A stretch of 64,000 nucleotides of DNA from Lingula anatina. Lineage: Eukaryota; Animalia; Brachiopoda. The notes below the pieces were generated by a model. That model worked only from the letters and a program-made list of their open reading frames with translations. It was not told the origin of the DNA and ran no database searches. Where the stretch lies: assembly GCA_051362555.1 (NCBI GenBank), contig CM120643.1, positions 6,634,001 through 6,698,000 on the forward strand, read 5' to 3'. This document shows positions 25,580 through 38,443 of this stretch, piece after piece. The number at the start of each line of letters is the position of its first letter. Positions within the stretch are counted from its first letter, which is position 1. Both the position numbers and the translations under genes were made by a program.

Positions 25580-28005
25580 GGAGGATGAAAGTTCTGAAGA
25601 AAAACTTCCATAAGGTTGGGTGGAAAGGTGTCAAGTTTGAGACAGATTGGATTGGACCATACAGATAAATCAAAATATGCATTATCAAAGCTCTATAGTA
25701 CCACTGTGGCTTGTTTGCATACATTTCTCATAATATTACTTCAAAGGTAAAAGGCATAGACCAGAAGCAGAATGTAACTTAATTTGGAGACTCTAGAAGG
25801 GAAAGAGCTTAAAACCAAAGTGGCTTATATACATGTATATTCACTTGAAACCTTAGAGAAGATTAGTTACTTATTCCATGCTAATCTGTTTGTTTCTTTT
25901 CAGTCAAGGCCAGAGCTGGCCTGGAGGACTCAGTGAGGACTGAGAACCTATCAGGTTTGTATTAAGGCATCTTGATAATGAGTATATATATGCTCATGAG
26001 CATATATATATATATACCTGGATCCCTCATTTTATGTTCCATGCCGTATTAAGCAATTTTCTTTCTTTTAGATCAGCACATTTTTTCCAAAACAGAAGCC
26101 CCTAGGAGAAAATGGTTGTTGTTTAGTATGCTAGTCTTTTTTTTTTCAGCTGAGGCCCGAGCTGACCAGGACCCAGTGCGGACTGAGGACCAAGAGAGGA
26201 CACAGGAGGTTTGTAAAAAAAGCACCTAATGTGATTTATGAGCAGTGGCAAAAAGGTCCCAAAATCATTGAAACCAATTTTTTCCTTGAAATTGCAATGT
26301 TGCTGGTCTTGTTGAGTGCTTGCTTGACTGAAATCTTTGGTAAAACTATTTAAGAATGAAGTGCGGCATTTGCCTCACCTGACAAAGGGTTTAGGAAATG
26401 AAAGCTTAACAAACAAACCAAAAGAATATCTAAGAAAAAATGCCCTTACTGCCACTATAAGTAATCTGCGACAAAGCTTTGAAAAACAATATACATTTCC
26501 TGAATGGGTTAAGTATCAGGTTAACACTTTAATGTTATTGACAAAACAAGTTAAATACCCCTCATTTTGTTAATGTACTGTATATGAATTGAGTTATTTT
26601 TAATATTTAATATTTTATGGGACAGCTCATTTTAATGTTTTGCTCTGCATTTTAGATAAGACCGAAGAAGAGGATTATAAGGCCCTTAATGGTGAGGACT
26701 GATGAGGTATGAAAAGAAAAGGTAACGTCCCTTCCGTGCTTGTCACTTAAACGGAGAAAGAAACTTTCATACAGTAGGTATGACATTTCTTCTAAAACAA
26801 CATTAAGTCAAAGACATGCCTGGTTGACTAGAGATGAAATAGACTTAGCCCATGGAATTTTAACAGATATGTTCCCAAAGGTAGAGGGCTTTCATGGTAC
26901 TTGTGCCCTAGAGTTTGTTAAAAATGGTCTTATCTTATCAACCCCTACTTCTTCATTTGTTAATCTTAACTCCCATTGGCTTACTCTTTCTAACATTAAT
27001 AGCAATATTCGCAATTGTGTTCAGATTCCAGACCAACCCCAGACTGAAGGGTAAGATTGCTGAGATCGTTGCCTCGTCACTTTTTGCTCTATCCAAGAAA
27101 ATTGTTTTGGAGCATAAAGATGTTCAGGAGCAAACTGGCAGTAATGACAGTGGTCTTTTTGCCAATGCTGTGCTTTGGAACAAGACCTGAGGACTTCATT
27201 TGGGAGCAAAGGGAAATGAGGGAACATCTCAGCAAGTGTTTTGAAATTGGTAGGCTGGAAATGTCCCCATATAGATCAGAGAACCGCCACCATACAAGAC
27301 CAAAATTGTCTAAATTTCCAATATATTGTCATTGTGGGCAGGTCTATGATAGAAACCAGGACTGGATTGAATGTGAAGACTGCCTGCAATGGTTCCATGT
27401 CAAGTGTGAAGGGATCCAGTCATCTGCCCTGGAGAATCTACAGCACACATTGGCAGTGTTGCAACTGCTCTTAGGGTGGTATTCTATAGAGCTGTAATTA
27501 AATCTGTCAGATAGACACATCCTACTAGTTGGGAGAGATTCTTGCTAAGTGCGATCATTGCAATTAGCTTAAAAGGCTGAGTTACTGAGGAGAAGGTATG
27601 CATGTACGACAGAAACCAGGACTGGACTGAATGTGCAGACTGACCATAAACCAAAAATTTGTGTTCAAGAAACAATGAAAATCACAGATAAAGTAGCACC
27701 TGTCCAAAGCTGAGACATTACGGAGTCATGAACAGTGAGTAAAACATAAACACCCTCCACAAATATTATCATTGCTATATTACACTATGTACCATTCATA
27801 CTTTGGGACTTTACAACCTATGAACCATGAAACCTCAGACAAGTGAACCTTCTGACTAGCAAACCTTTGGAACAGCTGGGCATCTGCATCATCAAACTAT
27901 CAGACCAATGAACCTTCTGACTATTGAACCTTTTGAACCATTGGATCTTGGCATCATCAAACTATCAGACCAATGAACCGTCTGACTGCTGTCATGCACC
28001 TGACA
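25580..28005 (+). mobile_element. Ginger1-like transposon 3' part: GPY/F motif, small linker exons, Ulp1 protease, PHD finger, subterminal repeats
   Basis: KVLKKN...KFETDWIGPY; exons 25904-25954 and 26150-26208; WLTRDEID...HWLTLSN...QEQTGSNDSGLFA...EQREMREHLSKCF; YCHC...WIECEDCLQWFHVKC; TGAACCTT repeats at 27810-27990. Confidence 0.7.
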
Positions 28006-28439
28006 AATCATTTAACTTATAATAATTTCATAAATTCACAAACAACAATATTTAGTAATTAAAATAAATATCAGAATCACAAACAAAGACAGGCAAAAAT
28101 ACACAAACATATCTACATATTGCTACTTCAATTTGATATACTCGGGACACATAAGCATAATATCCAAACTGCCACAGATGAAACAATATCATAAAATAAT
28201 CCAATCATGCTGACAGAAATTAAAATTAAAATTAAAACAAAAAACAGTTTATCAGTTATAGGGTAAACAACAGATGTGTCACAAAGTGCTGACTATGGTA
28301 ATGACACTGGACAGACACAGTGATCAGAATATAGACAGACTGAAAGTGTCTGTATATAATAAATATGTGATAAAATTTGCAATTATACCTTAATTAATTA
28401 ACTCATAATAACAATGATCATTTATAACACATCATATCT

Positions 28440-29560
28440 GACCTGAAATATGTATTCATATTTAAACATTTTCACTGGTGCCCTTTTCTCTTCAGCTATG
28501 GCTTATTGTCTACCACAATCTTGCTGTATATGCTACCTCTACTAGTACTGTAACAGTTTCCATGCATATGGAGAAAATTATTATAACACATCACAACTGA
28601 GCTGAAATATCAATTCACTTTAAAACATTTCCATTATGTCTATTTGTCTTCAGTGATAGAGTATTGTCCAACACAATCTCCTTGCTTTATATACCCTGCC
28701 TCTATAGTTTCCATGCATATGGGGGAAATTGATTCTTTGTGTTACCTGGAACCCACATTTGTTGTGTAATTGTACTGTTCCATATAACTGGCTCCACAGG
28801 ATCTGCCGTGTTTGGAAGTCTTGTTCTGGGTGGTTCTGGCAGCACTCTCTCTCAATCAGGATAAAACTGACCTCTTGGTCTGCCAGCAGCTCTTTACACA
28901 ATTCCAGAAGTGTATTTGCTAAAATCATATATGAAATGAGTATAACTGTTTGAAATGAATTTGGACCATCTATGTAATATAGTGCAAACTACTATAAGGA
29001 ACCATCTAATGATACACTATTCATATATAGGATGGTTTTGTAAGATGCACAAGATCATTTTTGTATCACCATACTTGATATTTATATCTTGATAATGCTC
29101 ACATAAATTAAAATAAAAGTATTCATTTTGTGTTTTGAGCACTTAATGACAATAAAACTTGAATTTGTCTGCTATCTGCAAGAAGTCACCTGTTTACAAT
29201 GGCTGCCCTGTCTCATTTATCCTAAAACTTGCCACATCCCATGTCTTGCAAAACTGGGTGAGATGAAGATGTTCCTGTTGCTGCCTTTTAGTATCTGCTT
29301 CAGTCTTATAAAATACATTCCCCCCATGTTCAGCCAGTTAAAATCTGTTCAACTAGAAGACACCATGCTGTATGGAGACTGGAGCTGGAAAAAAGAGACA
29401 TGACAATGTATAAGTGAAGGTACACAAATAACCTTGCCTTATGGAGGCTACTGAGCACAACTGTGACAAAAGGGACCAGCACATTCTCAGATTGAACATA
29501 GTTAAATATACAGAACTCTGCTAAATCTGTTGGACCTTTTGTGAAATTTGAACACAAAAT
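28440..29560 (-). mobile_element. P-element/THAP9-like transposase remnant
   Basis: LLELCKELLADQEVSFILIERECCQNHPEQDF..RQ...QR...HGNYRG matches the P-transposase C-terminal FVLTERFCQDPLE.YF pattern; heavily degraded. Confidence 0.55.
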
Positions 29561-29769
29561 GCCTAATAATTGTTAAAATCTGGGATAATTATATCAATTG
29601 GCTGTGCTTAATTTATAGACAATTTCTGAGGAGTAATTTGAGAGAAGTCACTTAAGAAATTGCTAATAAAATTCTAAATCGTGAAAAAATTACTCTAACT
29701 TAAAGGTAAACAAATTATGATTATTGTTTTTTTCTCAGGAAGATTAGGAGACCAATTATCTATTGTCAC

Positions 29770-32700
29770 ATGACAATCCGTACAGGTAAATGACGAAACG
29801 ACCAGCGAACCAGCACCTAAAAAACCCAAACATAGGACGGAGTTTTACGCTCCGTGGTTGAAGAAGTATACATGGCTTCGACATGAACCTGATGAAGGTA
29901 AGTTGACTACATTGTTCATCATTAAATTTATAAAATTTTACAAATTTCACCATATCTTGCGTTTGTTACTTCATTACTTACTGGAATCTATATACAACTG
30001 GAAAATAAAACCAAACCAATCACTTTAATGTCAGGGATGTTGCTTTAATACATATGTATTTTTTTCGTATTACAAGAAAACGTGGCCGCTAATCGAAAAG
30101 ATACATTGTACATTTTCCGATCACGTAGGCAGTTTTAGCCAGTTTCGACCATGTGCTCTTCATGAATGACGTTTGTGAAAAGTAGTCTTGCGCAGCGATA
30201 GGCTGATTTTGTCACGTGCTCCGTTTACCCCGCCTTTATGCTTGTATAAGGAAGTAGATTGACAGTCTTGAATATTAGACCTGCCCTTCCTGCAATCCAC
30301 TTGAACATGAGCAATCCCAATGAGATGATGTATTCATACATTTTTAATCCGGAATGATTAGATTATTTTTAAAATGTAAGAAGCTTTACGAGACTTTGAA
30401 CCCATTTGTTAATTTACGGTAATGTGCCATGAATTTCGAACAGTAGAAAATAATTAAATTTGGGAAAAGATCGTTCTGGCCGAAATTCATGAAATGGAGG
30501 TGCTCAGAACTTCCAAAAGTTCGAATTTCATGGAATTCTGTCAATTTTGACCGGAAGTTGTCTGTTCATCGCTAGGCCTTCTCCCGACGATCTATTTAGA
30601 GTTACCATAATGTATGATTGTGTGAGTGTCGGTAATTGCGACCAAAGGTATACACGTACTTTCACCCGATCACTGTGTATGGCCCATAGATAGAGCGGTA
30701 CTGTTGTCTAGGGCCGCAAAACAGCATCGTTATCAGTAGTGTCGTTTTTCAAAAGCGATTCTGGCAGCCAGAAACTAGTGTCGTTTTTCAAAAACGATCC
30801 TGGCGCTCAGAACGGGAGTGGACGGAGGGAGAGACGGCCGACGATTAGCGTCTGCCACGGCCAGATAACCTTTACTATGGAAGCTTAGTGTTACCGTTGC
30901 TCCTTTCCGTGCACTGAAACTGAGAAGACAGCCGATCAGTGTCTATGGCGCACGTGCAGGTAGCCTTCATCTGCGATAAGTGTCTTCCGCGACCAGGTTC
31001 GTTGCCTTTACCGTTAAAGTCGGGCGGAGCTTTACGCGCGAATTCGTCCTCATCTCGCCGTTCGCGGGTCGGTTTCTCCGACGCATACGTAGCCTTCCCT
31101 GCAGAAGCCGGCCTCGGCACTACGGCCTCTCCTCCGTGCAGGAAGGCTACTACGACCGCAGATCGGTATGTGCGGCGCACAGGTAGCCTTCGCCGAACTG
31201 TGTATTACTGTGTATTACGGTCTCTCTCCGTCGTGCGCTGCGACCAAGATGACCGCTGATTGTTGTCTGCGATCAAATATACTAGGTTTGGGGGGGGGGG
31301 GGGGGGGGGGGGTGCAGGGCCGTTTTTTTTTTTTTTTTCGCTCAGGCAACCCAATCTTAACCAGCAGCAGCAACTAATTTCCTGGCGCATAGTTGCGTCA
31401 ATGTACGCATTTGAAAAGCGTGTACGTTTTGTCATTGAAACCATCTTCAAACAAACGCGAGGTAATCTAGAGTAAACCGAAAAGGCAGTTTTTATATTCG
31501 TTCAAGGGACTGGAAGATCGTCAATGGGAGATAGTGAGCGATCTGAGCGCGACAATTAGCCAATTTCCACACTAGTTCAAGGGACTTCGTTACTATATTC
31601 GTCAGCAAGAGATCGTCAGCGATCCGAGCAAGCATAGAAGCTTGGACTTTTTGTCCATGCTAGATGGCAATTTTCATGTAGTCAGCAGGATATGGTTTGC
31701 TGGTTTGCGACAGGGGCGTAACCAGGCATACGCACGGATACACTGTGCGTATATAATTTTTTGGCCAACCATGATATTATTCTCTATTAATCTAGTGTAC
31801 TTTTCAAGGAATATTATCGAAAATCCCCTTCGATTATAAGTTAATGTCACCTGAATGTACAAATTCTCTGTATAATTTATATATGCACCATTGTTCTGAC
31901 ACCCTTCTCGTTTGCTTTCACAGAACTGAGGTAAACAATACTAGTTACCATCTGAAGTCCGATCTTAATCGTCCATCTAGCTGGAACTTGCTTTACCTCT
32001 TAATTAGAGGGTAAAGTGCCCTTCAGCTCACAGGTAGCTTTTGTCTTGAGTGTATCGAACGCGATATTTATCTCAGATAAAAATCTACCTGTGTGTTATT
32101 TCAAGGAGCTCCTCCAGCAGACCTGGGGGCACTAGATAAATCTGATCATCGGGCTAAACAAGGAGCCAGAGAAACAAAGGAAGAGTGATTTTTCCTGCAA
32201 AGTTTCAAAGAATTTTGACACGGACTTGATCCAGCTTTACCCTCCAAACTAACGGGGTGACATGGGCAATTTTTACAAAATTTACAAACAATTAAACTTA
32301 GATATATTACAATTTTATCCTTTAATATAATTTTGGGAGGCATGCACCCGCATGTAAGCTGGGTGAAGTCAGTAAGCCCCTTGTTAAATAAATATACCCT
32401 TATGAGCAAGGCAATTTGGACGGCCGCTGACATCAACGGACGGCCTATATTTTCAAAGACGGCTAGACGGCTTGCGACTTTTTTTTAATGACGTCTTGGC
32501 TTGTCGGGACAGCCGTGGACGTTGTAAGAAATTTTCTTAGAGTAATTTGACGTACCTAGCTTTTATGATGCGTCACAGATGAATGGTACTACTTTGTAGT
32601 GTACGCTGATATTCAGTCACGACGAAACTACTTCCTAAAGCTTACAAAACACAATAAAATGTTTCTATGAACTTTAAGATACACATTCCACGCCGTATGC

Positions 32701-34636
32701 AGCAGTGACAAGAGTGACCTTCATGCGGTACAAAACACTAAGCAAACTACAGGCCAATTTGTGAAATTGGACACCTTCCGGACCTTCATACGCACGGCAA
32801 CTGACAAAGCTGATTGACAAAAAGGAAAATTTCAAATTTTCAGCGAGAGATCGTTCGCAATCCGAGAGAGACCAGGAGGCAATTTTCATATTTGTTAAAG
32901 GGACTTCGTAAGCCAAAGGGCGAGACGAGAACGCAATTTTCGTATCGTCAGCGTCGCAATCCGAGTGAAACGAGAAAGCTCATACTCGTTCAGTGGCTTT
33001 CGTTTGCGGCAGATCGTCAGCCGGAGATCGTTCTCGATTGTTTTTAACCCTCCATCCCTCCCCATTGGAATTTATGATTTTTAAAAATATTTTTCATTTC
33101 ATTTGTACATTTCAAGGGACTTCATTAGCGGAAGATCGTCAGCGGGAGATCGTGAACGATCTGAGCGAGACAAGAAAGCAATAATGGTAATCTTTATTGC
33201 AGCTCTTAATATTGCTCTTTTGTTCTGTTACTGAAGTCTCTACTGTTAACAATGCTATTGTTCGCCTCAGCAAAACTACCGATCGCTATCTCACACCGAA
33301 TACTGCGGTAAAGAAACAACAGCCCGACAGTACAACTCTTAATAGATTCTTCTGTTATCTGAATGAATGGATATGACAATGTTGTTTAGCGTCCTAAACT
33401 AACTGTACTGATCGTTAACTTGCACCTTGGGCCGCACACGTAGTACTCAGGTAAAGGTACGCTAGGGCAACATTGCCAACTGTTAGAACTTTATAAGCGC
33501 GAGAATAGCCCGGTGGCCGATTTTAAGGTGTACGAAATTCACGAAATGAAGATCGCGCAAAATTGCTTACTGGCCGAAATTCATGGTCCAGAAAAAACTC
33601 CAGACGGCCGATTTTAAGATCGTTCGAAATTCAAGAGCCGTTCGAAATTCATGGCACTTTACCGTAAATATCAATAAAAGTTCATTCACAGTCATTTAGA
33701 GCAGGGCAAAGGCAGCAACGTCGATGCTATCGTATATCTGTTTGGCGGAAGATCGTTGCTTCGTTAAATTATTATGTAACGCTACATAAACATCAAATAC
33801 CATTGTTTAACCATAGAAATGCATTGTTTCAGGTATGTTTTGTGCCTGGTGTTCAAGCCATGGTCAAAGGTCCAAGAAAGGCACTGACATCTGGACCAAA
33901 GTTGGGTGCCAGACGTACAGAGAAGACACTATTAAGAGACATGAACAGTCCACCATGCATCAGGTGTCTCACAGTTTAGAGGTGGAATACAGACAATCAA
34001 AGATAGATGGAGGGATAGCAGCTGTTACGCAGGATGTGGTGTCTGTGGAAACAGAGGCTTTCATTGGTGCACTGAAGTGCATGTACTTTTTAATGAAGAA
34101 AGAAATCCCACACACTACTCGTGGGGAAGGCTATCATGGTATATGATTGCCCTGTAGACATTTTATTTTATCCCAGAGATAAAATAAGTTTTAAACTCAC
34201 AAGTACAAATTCTAGATTGTTTCAGAAGAGTGCACTGCATTTTATTAACTTTACTTCAATGTAACCTGATGTCAATGAAGCCATAAAAACAATGTGAAAT
34301 GCCTTATGTTTCAGAGATTTATTCAAAAATAAAAGTGAAGTTTAATTCAGAGCCATGACTATTGTTTATATAAAGTAAAACTTGACAAAGGAACATCTAC
34401 AAAATGATCACAGTTATCATTAAAGAAATGATGAATTCTCTTACCATAAAAATGACCTTTTAGACTTCTAAAATTGCCCAGAATGCAGGTATTTGCACCA
34501 ATTTTTCAAAATTTTCACAGGGGAGCATGCCCCCGGACCCCCCTAGCATGGCGAGCGCCTCTGGCGCTCGCTTCCGGAGACCCTCACCATAACTGCTCTT
34601 CCCCCACCTTATAATTTCAAGTTGTGGAGAACACTG
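29770..34636 (+). mobile_element. Internally deleted hAT element (ZNF862-like TTF zinc finger split by intron 29898-33832)
   Basis: KPKHRTEFYAPWLKKYTWLRHEPDE|GMFCAWC...IKRHEQSTMH...ALKCMYFLMKKEIPHTT; GTAAGT/TTTCAG phase-1 junction; typical subterminal GGGGAGCATGCCCCCGGACCCCC and end ...GAGAACACTG. Confidence 0.75.
30417..33664. mobile_element. 3.25-kb non-autonomous TIR element nested in hAT intron
   Basis: TA|CGGTAATGTGCCATGAATTTCGAAC ... GTTCGAAATTCATGGCACTTTACCG|TA; subterminal GGCCGAAATTCATG repeats at both ends; no transposase seen. Confidence 0.8.
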
Positions 34637-35140
34637 TCAAGAAATATTAGTCTTACTCTTGTGGCAGGGGATACACAAATCGAAACTCGTGTTTGCGAGC
34701 CAATTTCCATCAAACTAGATCGTTTCAAAATCAAGGAATCTGTTCGAGTAGTGCCGATACATGACGATTTTTTGTTAGGCCACGACCTAATCACCCAGTT
34801 TAATGCGAGCAAGCATTGCAATTTGGGTTATATTCAAATAGAAGGGCGCGACATACCAATGCAACAAATGGAGTGCACAAGAGATAAAGATAGCTTTGGT
34901 TAGTGTGTCAAGAAATGTGGTAGTACCCCCAACTTCAGCACTTAGGATAACGTGCGAGATCAATGAAAAGTTAGAAAAATACGTCGTCCAAGGTAAAGAA
35001 AGAAGAGGGACTACTAATACCGAGATCTGTCTTGTCTGAAAATTCAAAACCAGTCGTGTGCCTCGTAAACCCATCTGATCAATACAAAAAATTATAAAGG
35101 GCTCATGTGGTCGCTACAGCTTGCAAAGTTTTGGAAATTT
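34637..35140 (+). mobile_element. Gypsy-like pol fragment (aspartic protease C-terminal half)
   Basis: VRVVPIHDDFLLGHDLI...VVVPPTS. Confidence 0.6.
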
Positions 35141-36587
35141 TTGTAAACCCTGTTTCGCACTTCGGTTTACATCTAGTGGGAGGGGGGTCTAGTAAAACTG
35201 ATCAATCATGTGCCAAGATAGGCCATCACAAGTGAGTGAGTTAGGCCAGGTGGAGACAGCATGCCCCCTGCAGGAGATCGTCTACATTGTGACATCATAA
35301 CTGTCACACATACATTGTCTCAGATCTCCCACTCCCAATCGGACGTGTCAAGATCGACGATCCCAAATATTCTGTCAAAGAGCCTAACAATAGCCAGTGA
35401 TCACTCACCAATTCAGTAAGTAGACACAGTGAATACTTCAAATTGTATGAATTCCTAACATACAAAGCCATTACAACACTCCAGTTGGAGGACTATGACT
35501 TAATAGAGAGATAAAGATACTTGATAGGACGAAGTGAACACTACAAAAATCCCCACAAATAACTTTTATAGTTAGGAAAAGACAACACAGAAACCCTATT
35601 GCTCCTAAATTCTGCTAGAACTTTTTACGTTTTACCTCAGATGTTTCCAGGAATCCAGATCTACTGTATAACACCTATTACACCAGGATCACCGGATCCC
35701 TTTATCTATCCTCTACCTCTTGTCTCTGAAGCTCCTTCCTCTCTCTCTCTCTCTCTCTCAAAAACCCCGCCCAACTGCATATGTCGCTTTCAATCCCAAG
35801 ACTTCCGGTACCAGATCACTACAACATAGTACTCACCCTTTTGTCATCAAGAATGTCTTTGCATGCAGTTAAATAGATTCCAGAATCGTGGAATGTCCTA
35901 ATGTTTCAGATCAAACTTTTATGGTAACTCTAAAATATATCTTGTCCTTGTAATAACGTTATTTCATAACGTGTAAAATTTTCCCGCTCCACCTAAGCCC
36001 GACTAAGTAGGTCAAAGAAAACCCGCAGTGAATACTGGGTCGCATCTCGGCACATCCGGTCACATGAAGCGCCGCAGTTTTACTCTGAGTCCAAGTTATT
36101 ATATCTTTTGATCTTTCATTTAATGATATTATTGATTATTGATTGAGAATACATTTTCACAAAAAGGCAATTAAAAATTTGTAATTGTTATTATTATTAT
36201 TTTCTTTTGGCTTCAACTTTTGATGGATCTCAACTAACACAACATGGAGCATTGAAGGACCTTCACATTTAGAGTTATTACCATTAAAAGTATAATAAAC
36301 GTACTTGGAAATATTCTAAAGCCAATTTTTGCCTAAATATCCTGCAAAGCTACTAGTACCTGTATTTTACTTTTCTAGACTGCGCTAGTAGGCTTTATAT
36401 TAGGCCTACATATATGCGCGTTCATTTTTTTTTCAAAACGTCTGAATTTTTTCCTCAATTCCAAGTATATTTTCTCATTGCCTGGTAACGAAGGTTTTGT
36501 AAATGGCTTTCTAAGAGAATGTAGTTTTGTCGTGTTTCGTGTAAAACATTTGACTGTGCCCTATTAACATATCGTCCAGCTAATCAT

Positions 36588-36877
36588 GAGGGCCCGCTGG
36601 GAAGGGGGAGGGGGGGGGAGTGATCACAATTCACGGCCACAGGAAATAAAATCATCAAATTACAAATCACATTAATTAATTAAAAACTTTATTCGTATCC
36701 CGTTGAAAATGCTAGTCTGGCGAGCTGAAAATAACTTTCATCGAGTATAATGACTTTGTTCCACTAAGGACGAGGGATAGAAACCCGCAATTCACGATTC
36801 ACAGGAATGGGGTGCTTCACATCTCGGGGAATGATAAGAGGATGTTACGAGTAAGGAAAATACCCAACGGGGCCTTC
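36588..36877. mobile_element. Small MITE; related remnant at ~2167-2270
   Basis: GAGGGCCCGCTGGG / CCCAACGGGGCCTTC imperfect TIR; shared GTGATCA...GGAAATAAAATCATCAA core. Confidence 0.45.
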
Positions 36878-38406
36878 AGTCCTTGTCTTAACTAAAATGA
36901 AGATTTAATTCAAAACATTAAAGCAACTAAAATTAATGATCTAGAGCAAAAATACGCCACGATGGATTTTTCAGCTTTTAAAAGTAGCTGCAAGTTATTT
37001 ATTGCGTTATTCAAGATGAACATTCTAGGCATTTTCTGAGACGTTACACATTATACTTGCTTCCAAACAGGTACCCTTTATTTCTACTTTATTTAAAATA
37101 AACTTGAAATAAACTCTCTCTCTCTCCGGTTGTCTCTGGCCGAATTCACAATAAGTTGATCCTCGTTAAACCTCTTTTATGATAATTAACTATTATGACT
37201 GATAAATGAAACTACATTTTTTTCATTCGACAGCATCTTCCGTATCTTTAATAAAAAATATATTGAAAACGCATCTGTAAAGATTAACTCTGAAAGATGA
37301 AAAAAATGCCCGAGCTTTGGGCTTGTGAACCTTCTTCAGGTACCAAAACAAGAATAAACAAGCAAGCTACTGGTATAAGTGACGTATGATGCATGGAAAA
37401 GGGACAAAGTTAGAAGTGCGTGATAAAGGTTAACATCTTGAAGATTACGTAATAATAAAACAAGAATAATATTCGTTGAGATATTCATTGTCTCTATAAA
37501 GTCCTTTTTTAAAGTGTTTAATATTTTTATGAACTTCTTCTCGACAATCCGTCTTTGTCTTGTGTCGCGTATGTGTCCTTTTAAAATGGTGACTTTGTAC
37601 TGTGGTGGTTCTTGATGCGAGTTTTAAGGGCGTAAGACAGCTTTTTTCTATCGTTTTCACTTTTAATTACTATTAGTTCTATTACTGTACATAGCTACCA
37701 ATTATCAGCGCTTTAAGCTTGTACTTTTTATTACAGATACAAGCAAGGCATAAAGCAAAAAGTCTCTGGCAGTGAATTGTGAACTGTTGCTGCTACCACT
37801 CCTACATAAAGTAGATATTGCAAACATATATCGGCACATGAATCAATAAGATATCAGACAACTTTCATGGAAAATAAACTGAAATTAAAGCTGGATATTC
37901 TTTTATCTATTATCATTTCGCATTTACGTTAAATCTCGGCACGTACGTCTTCTTCACCATCATACTTCAGTCGTAGTCCGAAGCGACAAAGTTCAAACAG
38001 TGCACATCAAAACCATAAATAGGAGTCCTTAGGTAGGAAACCACGCGTTAGAGAACGGGTTTAATTAAGGCATTCTTGTTGGCGGTATTGTCACTAATTT
38101 ATAGAATCATGAACAAATCTGGATGACTCTATCTATAACAAAGAAATTATCACCTAAAAATAAAAAAATTACTTTTCAGAATAATACAAGAAAAATTAAT
38201 GAAAAGAACAAAGGCAAAATAATTTTAAACTAAAAATGGAATCTGAACAACAAATACAGCTTCAAGCAAATGGAAATGAAAATAGAATATACACACCCTT
38301 GACTTACGAGTTAAGCTACAATTAATTTTCAAAATAGTGGCGGTACCTTGTCAATGTATGGCAGGACTGCGTGAAAACGACATACACCCTCCCCTACACA
38401 TACACT

Positions 38407-38443
<37 letters not shown>

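Noticed and set aside
30875-31475. Overlapping GC-rich ORFs
   Set aside because: Expected by chance in GC-rich sequence; no recognisable domain; one ORF translates G/T homopolymers
37305-37345. Penelope-type minimal hammerhead ribozyme on the minus strand (CTGAAGAAGG...CCCAAAGC)
   Set aside because: Essential GAAA reads CAAA and the closing stems are not evident; at most a dead relic
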